From Azolla caroliniana (taxonomy: Eukaryota; Plantae; Polypodiophyta), in NCBI GenBank assembly GCA_043228905.1, contig JBHGNT010000008.1, forward strand, positions 22,320,001 through 22,384,000: a stretch of DNA of 64,000 bases. The letters are read 5' to 3'. Position 1 is the first letter of the stretch, and every line of letters starts with the position of its first letter. Positions 23,801 through 33,509 of this stretch are shown here, in pieces. The position numbers were made by a program, and so were the translations under genes. The notes under the pieces are model-generated. The model was not told where the DNA came from. It ran no database searches and was given only the letters and a program-made list of their open reading frames with translations.

Positions 23801-26449
23801 CTCGAGATTTTCGAGTTGAGGGGTTGTAGCACTTGTACCCCTTTTGCTCCAATGAGTATCCTACGAAGATACATTTCTCCGACTTCGGATCGAGCTTTTG
23901 TTGCTTCTCATTGGGGATGTGCACGTACGCAATGGAGCCGAATATCCGAACATGTGAAAGGTACAACTTCTTTACGAAAAACTTCTCGTGCGGAGTAAGT
24001 TCGTGCACACCCGATGTCGTACACCGATTCATGAGGTATACGGCCGTGTTAGCCGCTTCTGCCTAGTACGACTTCGGCACGTGCTTTTCGTTCATCATGG
24101 CCCATGCTACTTCGAGGATGTGCTGATTCTTTCATTCGGCCACTCCGTTTTGTTGTGGCGTATGTCGACACGAAAAACTCTCGCCGAATTCCTTCTTTCC
24201 GTAGATATGCCGTAAACTCATCCGAGACATATTCCTTGCCTCCATCCGCCCGAAGACATCGTACATGTCAGTCCGTGGCTTTCTCGACTTCATTCTTGAA
24301 TTTTTGGAAGTGTTTGAACACTTCGCTCTTTTGCCGCATCGGGTAGATCCAAGTGTGCCTAGAGAAGTCGTCGATGAAGGTCACGTCGTATTGGCATCCG
24401 CCGAATGTCGTCGTTTGAACCGGACTCCATACATCGGAATGAATTACGTCGAGTACACATTTGCTCACGTTCCGCTGCTTCGGAAATGGGTGCCGATGTT
24501 GCTTGCCGAATTGGCAAGTGGCACACACGCTTTCAATCTCTTTCTTCGTGAATGTCGGGAGCCCAATGACAACTCCTTTTGATTGCATTGCCTTGAGCTT
24601 TTGGAGGTTGATATGGCCAGTCCGCTTGTGCCATAACTCTATGTCAGAATCGGCTTTCATGTCCTTTGCGAACATGGCCTATTTCAGCTCGTGTGAGTCG
24701 AGAATGAACATTCGGCCCACTCTTCGTCCGCGAGCGATGAGTCGGCCCTCTTTTTCAATGAAGCAATCGCCTTGATTAAATCGTACTTGCATTCCTTGCT
24801 CTACAATTTGGCCGACGGAGACCAAATTCTTTGTGATAGTTGGTACATGCAAGACATTTTTAATATAAGTTTTCTTACCTTCTTCTTTGAATGAAACATT
24901 GCCGATGTGCCGAATCGGGGGCGTAGTGTCGTCTCCAATTTCGACAGTCCGGCTCTCGAAGTTCTCGGACCCATTCTTGATGCGACGTCATATGGTTGGA
25001 GGTACCGGAATCGACGAACCATACGTCTTCCGGACTGGAGGCACTAGTAGAAGTAGAGGGCGACATAGAATTCGCTCTATGTCTCAACATGAACATTCCG
25101 CCGTGATCGTCATAGTCGGAGTTGATGGCATAGTTGGTGAGGTGTCGGCTAGTGGAAGCCGACTCGCGTATCTTCTTACGACATTCTTCTTCGTGCTGAC
25201 TGATTTTTCCGCAATATCCGCATTCGACCGATCTTTGTCAGTTTGGGCCGGAATGGAAGCTCCCCCTTCTTCCGAAGGTTCCTCGATGGCTTCCATCTTG
25301 ATGCCGAAATGACGAGTTGTTTTCGTAAGTCGGGCCTCATCCGCCTTGTCCTTGGCCGAATCGGCCTCTTCTTGCACAACCGCGTCCACTTCCTCCGTCC
25401 GAATGTGTGTAGAGCATGTGGCCTTCCGAGGTGTTGCTCCTCGTTCGAACATGGTTTTCTTCGACCAACAACATAGATTGAAGATCGAAGGAGGGTGGAT
25501 TCTCCCGTGCTAGTACGGCAGTCTGCATCACGCCGAATCGTGGTGCAAGGCCACCGAGGCATATTTGCACCATCTCATCATCGTCCACATTGATGCTTAT
25601 CAAGCCAAGAGAGTCGCAAAGCTCCTTGATCTTCAAGGTGTAGCTTGTGATGGACATATCCCTTTGTTGGATGTTGTTCAACTCTTGGCAGAGTTGAAGT
25701 TTTCTCGCGGTAGTGTTGGCGGCAAAAATCTTTCGTAGATTCTCCCACGCTTCCTTCGTCGTCTCGGCTTCTCGAATGTACCCGAACATGTGGTCGTGAA
25801 CACATGTCGCCAAGCAATACATCACTCAACTTGCCACTTGCTCCCACGTTGCATAGTCTGCATCTTCCGGGTCAGGTCGGTTTTCTTGTGCTCCCTTGAT
25901 GTAACCCCAATAGCCTTGGCCGACAAGGTATTGGTGCATCTTGTACTCCCAAGATGCGAAGTTGTTTCGGTCCAACTTTTCGCTAGGGAGAGCGCTCCCC
26001 ATTTGAGTATTCATTGTCGATTAAGCTTCCTTTCTTCTTTTCCTTCTCTCTCGAACACGAGCTATGTAGTGGTACTACGATAGCGATGAGCCAATTCTTC
26101 TTGAATGTCAACGTAGAGCACAACACACGATCACAATGAGGTGAGTGGGCTAGATCGAGGTACCAAATCACTCTGATACCATGTAAAGAATCGGGTATGA
26201 TTCTTGTGTAGCGGAAGAGATGTGTGCTATGTGTATGTGTGAGAGGAATTAGAGGAGAGAAAAGAGAACACAAGATAGATAGAAAAAGGAATACTCAAGA
26301 AGAAGCTGTATATTTCACAAGTAGAATAAGAATTACAAAATGTAGCATAATAAGGAGTCACAACCGACTTACTATGAAGTATGAGGAGGGTGCTTTATAT
26401 AGAGTCACCCTCTCTCTTCATTAACTTTACAACAACCAATCTCTCTCTT

Positions 26450-28473
26450 TGTTACCCGTAAGAATATACGGGGAGGCATAAGGGTATGTGTAATGAAGTG
26501 GTTGATGTGTATGTGTAAAGTAAATGAGTATGTGTGAGCACATGCACAATTATGTGCATGTGACAAGAGTGTAACGATTGTGTCTTTGTAACGGTCATTA
26601 TTTACCGTTACATTATGTATTATATAAACCCCTTACAGGGCATCTAATAGATATACATTTTCCCCCTCTCATTTTATGTCATTTTGTATTTGTCTTTCTT
26701 TCTAGCTCTCTCTCTCTAACGTAACCCCCTTGGGAGGGGGGTGAAACCTAGAATGGTTTCACCCCCCACCCCAACAACACTTTTGGCACGCTTGGTGATC
26801 TGTGTCTCCTCACAGACGAACAACGACGAATGGATGTTTAGCCGCAAACGTCCCAGAGAACCAACACGACAAGACCAACCAATCACATGGTCCATCACAC
26901 GCCAAGCAGAGGAACACGCACGGCCAAGACATGGCCAAGACGCAGCCGAATGATTGCCACGAGACAGTCCAGAAATGACCAAGCGACAGTTTGTTTGCTA
27001 GTGGACAGAGTGACAGCCGACGAACAAACAAGAGAATAGACAAAGATAGCGGCAAGAGAAAGAAGAGAAGCAGAAAAAATAACAGAAATATTAGAGCTTG
27101 AAGAAGACATGTCTCGATGATGACATAGGCGGCCATACGATCGAACAAAGGTGCAACAATCAAATAGACGGCGCCAACTAGATAGACAAAGACAATCCGG
27201 TAGTCGGACTAAGACGGCCCCGAACATAGCTAGTTGCCTCATAGCCACAGCCGAATCGACAATGAGATGGTCGACGTCCTATAGAGGGCTGAAAAGATAG
27301 GGACAACGAGCTGAACAAAAGTAGCCAAAAAGCATTGGCTGAACCGGCATGGCGAAGACATGTAGCAAGACGCATGGCCAAGATCACGACCAAGACACAT
27401 GGCCAAAATGCGCAGCTGAGACGTGCGATCGAAGCGAAGCACGGTCGAAATGCGTGGCTGAGAGCACCGCCGAGATGCGTGGCCAAGAGCACGATCGAGA
27501 CGCGCAGCCGAGAATACGGCCGAGACGCATGGTCAAGAGTAGGGCCGAGAAGTGCGGTCGAGATGCATGGTCAAGACTACGACTAAGACGCGTGGTCGAA
27601 AAGACGGTTGAGACACGTGACCAAGACGTGCAGTCGAGAGTGCGGCCCAGACACGCGACCAAGAGTACGGCTGAGTGACAGCCGTGAAGACAGCCAAGCA
27701 AAAGATGAAGACATAAGAAGAAAGAGAAGAGGGGTATGAAGAGAAAATTTCAAAAATTGGAGGGTAGAATGCAGAATTTCGAAAACACAAGGGCCGAAAA
27801 TAAAATTTCAAAAAATTTGAGGGTAAAAATTTTAAAAACTAAAGGGTAAAAAATATAAAACTCATTTCACATGATAAAAGAAAGAATACACAAATGCACA
27901 ACACGATTTCACGGCCCATGCCACATTGAACTAGTCGATTGGTGTATGATCCAATCGCGACTTGTGTTGACCGAACGAGAAGGTTCGAGTCAAGCAAAGC
28001 TCCGATCAAAGTTATCCATCGTAGAGCAGTGATCCGGTCGAGGGAATTCCGACCATTGAGACGACCGATGGAGTTCCGGTCGAGAAGAGTTGCCATGGCG
28101 AGTGGGTTCACCGTGCAATGCACTGGCCCACAAGCGTGCCATGTGTTACCCGTAAGAATATACGGGGAGGCATAAGGGTATAGGTAATGATGTGGTTGAT
28201 GTGTATGTGTAAAGTAAATGAGTGTGTGTGAGCACATGCACAATTATGTGCATGTGACAACAGTGTAACGGTCATCTCTTTGTAACGGTCGTTATTTACC
28301 GTTACATTATGTATTATATAAACCCCTTATGGGGCATCTAATAGATATACATTTTTCCCCTCTCATTTTGTGTCATTTTGTATTTGTCTTTCTTTCTAGC
28401 TCTCTCTCTCTAATGTAACCCCCTTGGGAGGGGGGTGAAGCCATTCTAGGTTTCACCCCCCACCCCAACAACA
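26450..28473 (+). mobile_element. Non-autonomous (TRIM/LARD-like) element E of the A family: LTRs 26450-26779 and 28144-28473, PBS 26784-26797, TSD CTCTT
   Basis: 330-bp LTRs homologous to A's LTR; perfect TSD; no coding domains in the internal region. Confidence 0.95.
27340..27675. repeat. Degenerate 12-13-bp minisatellite (approx. GAGA(C)GCRYGGYC) inside E
   Basis: Recurrent GAGACGCATGGTC / AAGAGCACGATC-type units. Confidence 0.75.
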
Positions 28474-31400
28474 CTCTTGGGGAATGTAACTTCATAGTCA
28501 TGGGGAATATGTAACTCATTAGTTATGTGTCATAGAATATGATTCTATGACACATAGTTAATGTGTAGAGAGTAGTGGTGTGACTCTTGACCTTTGAGTA
28601 ATCATACATTCTCAAAAGGTGTGTTCACACGTTGTGCTATGTTGAGCTTGATTCTCAACAGTTTTTTTGTAAAAATAGGCGTAAATATAACTCTTATACT
28701 ATTAAATCTAGATCACTTATGATAAGTTAGTACAATGGTAAAGTTTGGGTTTGTTTACATGGAGGTATAGGGTTCAAATCTTGCCCTACGCATGTAACAA
28801 CATTTTTAATATTTTCTTTTATTTATTTATGCGTACTTAAATCGGATTTTTAAATTATTTTTTTTACATATTTCATGTAGTTTGCGAATTACACTAGGGC
28901 AACCGATGCTACCAAAAACCCTCAAGTGTCGTAGATTCGGCTTCCTTCCGAAATACAGCTCATGTGCCAACACTTTTTCTCCGATTTGATTTTGGATGTA
29001 GACCGCAGTTCGGACCGTTTCGGCCCAATAGAACTTGGGCATGCTCTTTTTTTCCAGCATTGCCCATGCCGCCTCCACAACGGACCAATTCTTTCTTTCG
29101 GCTACGTCGTTTTGCTACAGCGTATACCTGCAACTGAATTCGCGTCGAATACCCATTTGTTGCAGATAACTGTTGAATTGGCCGGAAAAGTACTCTTTTC
29201 CGCCATTCGACCACATGCAATTGATCTTCCTCTTTGTTTCCCTTTCAGCAAGATTTTTGAGGTTCCGGAAACTGTCGAAGACTTCACTCTTCTTTTCGAT
29301 GAGGTAGATCCATGTGTGCCCAATGTAGTTGTCGATGAAGGAGACAAAATATCGACTCCCGCCAAGACTCACGTTCTGTGTCGGTCCCTATACATCTGAA
29401 TGTATTAAGTTGAGCTTATTTCGTCTTCGATTACGCTCGTTGGGGAAAGGAAGTCAGTGTTGCTTCCCTAGCTGGTAGGCTTCACAAATTTGGGCCCTTC
29501 AACCACTAAATCTCGGCAATCCAAACACAACTTGTTTCAATTGCAAGTCCTGAAGCCTTTGGTAGTTGACGTGGCCTATCCGCTTATGCCACAAGTTGAT
29601 ATCCGAATCGACTTATTGCCCTTTCACGAACATGGCGGTGGCTACGTCATTGGTGTCAAGGATGAACATCCTCCCATCTTTGCACCCTCGTGCAATAACT
29701 TGGCCTTCTTCCTCGATGAAGCACCCTAGATGCGTGAACCGGACTTGCATCCCCTGGGCGACGATCTGTCCAATCGACACCAGATTCTTCGTAATTGTCG
29801 GTACATGTAGCACATTCATTAGCTTCCCTTTTTTCTTGACGTGGCTGAGGGGAACTTCACCGACATGTACGATCGGATGTGGAGTGTCGTCTCCTGTTGC
29901 GACTACTCCCGGTTGTTCCGGTTTTTCCAGATATTAGAACCACTCTTTATGGTTCATCATATGGTTTGACGCTCCGAAGGTAACGTACCACACTTTGTCC
30001 GATTTCGGGCTGGTCTTCTTCATCGAGTTTGCTTCGTGTCTTGTCACGAAGGTTGTCCCCTTTCTGACATTTTCGAATCCTTTGGTGTACTGGGTCCGCT
30101 GCCGATTTCCTTGTTCGGTCCTTCCGGATCCGATTTTCTCCGAATCGGCGTGCTTCTTCCAGCACTCACTCTCCTTGTGGCCTTTCTTGCCACAATACTA
30201 GCATTCTGCAGCGTGTTTGCCTTGTCGGTTCTCATCGCCTTCTCGACTCCCCCTGCTTTCGGAGGGTCCGGAATTGTTGTCGGCATCACCATGATGCCTT
30301 CTTCCTTGCTCCTGTCAGCCGCCTCCATTACGCACCGATTTGCCTAGTCCACCACAACCACGGGGCCTATCTCCCTCCGTGTACTGCATCTAGCTATCGG
30401 CATGTGTACTCGTCGACGTACCCGTGTGATTCTCCTCTACAAGGAGCATCGACTACAAGTCGAAAAATGATGGTGTATTCTCCCTTGTACAAATAGCAGT
30501 TCGGAATGCTCCGAACTTTGACGCCAATCCTTGGAGGTAGATCTGCACCATTTCGCCCTCCTCAACGTTCACATCAATGGAGGCAAGGGAATCGCAGATA
30601 TCCTTTACCTTGGAGGTGTAGTCAGCCACCGTCATGTCGCGTTGACGCACATTTCTCAACTCCTGTCGGAGTTGGAGCTTCCTTGCTATGGTGCTTGCGG
30701 CGAAAATCTTTTTCAGATTTCCCCAAGCATCCTTCGGCGTTCTTGCATCCCAAATGTAGCTCAAGAGCTGTTCGCTCACACATGACACGAACCAGTAGAG
30801 AACTTTGCTTGTCGACTGTTCCCAGGCCGGGAAGTCTCTATGTGTCGATTTAGGTGTTGCATCATTCACTCCATCGACATAGGTCCAATATCCATGTCCG
30901 AGCAGGTACTGGTGGATCTTGTATGACCAAGATGCATAGTTACTTCTGTCGAGCTTCTCAGTTGGAAGCGAACTAGCCATACCTCTATCCATTTTTTTTC
31001 TTTTTTTTCTTCACCGAGATTAGGTTTTTTTGTTGTTTTGAGCTGAAGTCAACTACAAAGGTTCTCAACCCTCACGCTCTGATACCATGTAAAATGTAAC
31101 GTGCGGAAGCTATATGAAACACAGAATATCGACAGAGGAAAAAGCAGGTTTAATGGAGAGCTTAAGACACAATGTACGCGGGAGAGACAGAGAGGGAATG
31201 AACACATAGAAAAATTAAATTCAAAATAATGTGTAAAACTATGTACATAGGATGTGCTCAAGGAGCACTTTTATACAAGTCCATACGAACTAACAGAAGT
31301 ACTGACACGTACTTCAATGCTCATAACTAAGCTCCTACACTAACTCCCAAATATATTCCCTCGCGGAATATCTGTTCAACGGCCTCCCGGTTTCCGCACC

Positions 31401-31496
31401 GATCCGGCCTCTTGTTACGCACTGATTGACACACCAGTTTACGCATCGGTTTATGCACCGATCCAGCCAAAGTTGAGCTTGTAACTCAACACCATG

Positions 31497-31945
31497 AAAT
31501 TCTAGGTGCCCAGTTTGAGAATTCAAGTACGAGACCGACTGTCAGAAGGCAAGTCCGAGCAAATACGGCTACAACAACTTCTCGAATTAGGCGAGAATTA
31601 GGCGAGGCTCGGGTCCATAGTATGGCCATACTCGAGCAAGAGCAGTGACGGCGTAAAGCGTTCGTGGATCGACATCGGGGCACACAGGAGAAATGCTTTG
31701 CAATTGGGAAGGTTGTATTGGTCTTTCAAACACGCATGGGTCAAATGCCAAGTACGTTACGGTTCCGTTGGACAGGGTCGTATTGGATAGTTGGAGCGGA
31801 AAATGGCACCTTCCAATTGGGTACCCTCGCTGGAGTTATACTTCGACAAAAAGTAAATGGGTTCAGATTAAAACCTTATCTGGGACCTACGCCCCCGAAC
31901 CCGTTTCACGTCGTAACTGACACGGTAGAGAGGTCCCTCCACTAA
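31497..31945 (+). pseudogene. Gypsy A integrase C-terminus
   Basis: VPSLRIQ and LRFRWTGSY...VNGFRLKPY motifs, continuing the frame cut at 12108. Confidence 0.85.
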
Positions 31946-32199
31946 CCAGTAGCTGGGACCCACGTGTAATAAAATGTAACAATAATATTGTACTTTACCG
32001 TTAAAAAAAGAAGAAGAAGAAGAAGAGAAGATAGTCACGACTATTAAAAGGTGTTATGCATACACAAACTTCAAGATCAAGCACACGCAGTACCACGATG
32101 TCACACAGGCCAATAAACCCTAGAGCACAAAAAGAGGGAAAAAGAAGGTTTTCTGCACACTACAAAAAACAGACTAACTCTCCTCGCCCTCCTCGCTCC

Positions 32200-32900
32200 C
32201 CACCATAGCACAGAGTCCACAATCACCGTAGTTCGAGAGCTTCACCTATTCTATACGAGCCTCTTCCACCCACGATACCGGTTCCCATCTCTGCAGCTTT
32301 ACGTAGGTGGCTCTTGGAAAAGGGTTTTGAGGGGTACATCAAGGTCGCCAAGGCACCATCACACCCTGATGCTCTCGACATCGCCAAAAAGCTCAATGTG
32401 GACACTGTGACAAATGCCACCATTCGCAAAAAAATGGACCTATCTGCGACTAGGGAGAAAAACTTCGACATTCCCCCTACAGAAACCCTAGAAGAATATT
32501 TTGGGGAATACTCCGTATCAGCCAAGGCATACAGAACGAAAGACATCTAAACCCATTCTTTCGGGAAATAGACAAGTTCCTACTTGAGGTCGATTGCGTG
32601 CACGTCAACGCGTACGGGATGCCGAAACAGAGGGTATGCATTATCATTGATACATTCGAAGGGCGCACAGTAGATTGGGGAGTGATTACAGGACCAACTC
32701 TAAGAGAGGGCTTGCACGCATACCAGGTCGGCAAAAGGCTAAGGCCAATTATACAACAGTACCTTACAATACTGTTTCCACCTTGCGGTATGCCCGCCCC
32801 ACCGCCCAGTAAACCTACGCCTCCGCCACGATCTGCGAAATGACAGTTATCGGAATTGGCAACCACGGAATGGGAAGAGGAACCACAACCTTCCCCCCCC
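32200..32900 (+). pseudogene. Extra ORF downstream of the integrase in element A (env-position ORF, function unknown)
   Basis: ORF pieces 32314-32550 and 32598-32843 lie between the integrase and the 3' UTR; proline-rich end. Confidence 0.55.
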
Positions 32901-33509
32901 CCGCAACCGTTTCAAAAGCTCAAGGGCATGACTAGAGATTTCAAAAATTGGAGGGTAGAAAATAAAATTTCAAAAAATCTAAGGGTAAAATTTTTAGAGA
33001 CCAAGGGTACAAAATACAAAGCTCAATTCACATGACAAAACCGAAAAATACACATACATGTAACTGAATCATGAAAGGCTCATGTTGCAATGGAGGAGCC
33101 AATCGGTGTGTGATCCAATTGAACGACATGCTAACCAAACAAGAAGGTTCGAGTCAAGCAATACTCCGATCGAAGTTTTCGATCATAGAGCTATGATCCG
33201 GTTGATGGATTTCCGACCGTTGAGATGACCGATGGAGTTTCGGTCGTTAATAGTTGCCATGGCGAGTGGGTTCACCGTGCGATGCACTGTCCCACATGTG
33301 TGCCATGTGTTACCCGTAGGAGTTGTACGGGGCGGTATAAGGGTAAAACACATTAAAGGGGTTGTTCGGTATGTGTAATGTATATGAGTGTGAGGATGAG
33401 TATGTGTGAGCACATGCACATGACAAGAATGTAACGGACATATTATTTACCGTTACATTATATATTATATAAACCCCTTATGGGGCATGTAATGAGATAT
33501 GTAATGAGA

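Larger units (their letters stand above)
21383..28660 (-). mobile_element. Degenerate Ty1/copia element D (related to B): 3' LTR 21383-21750, 5' LTR 26182-28660 split by E, PBS 26171-26181
   Basis: LTR pair TGTAAAGAATC...CTCAACA; TSD CTTTT/GTTTT (4/5); fragmented gag-pol 21830-26014. Confidence 0.9.
12109..31491 (-). mobile_element. Ty1/copia element B: 5' LTR 31088-31491, 3' LTR 12109-12488, PBS 31076-31087; gag-PR-IN ~28900-30992 and RT end/RH ~12980-13846; centre replaced by ~15 kb of nested elements
   Basis: Matching LTRs; TSD CCATC/CCATG (4/5); degenerate copia ORFs (SKKQPTVALSS, ARTKHIEVHYHFV). Confidence 0.9.
8518..33500 (+). mobile_element. Ty3/gypsy element A (non-chromovirus, Athila/Tat-like): 5' LTR 8518-8862, PBS tRNA-Arg(UCU)-type from 8867, truncated 3' LTR 33308-~33500; split by element B
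   Basis: Both LTRs start TGTTACCCGTAGGAG; RT end-RNase H-integrase order; integrase resumes at ~31497 after element B; no TSD recoverable because the 3' LTR is truncated. Confidence 0.88.
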
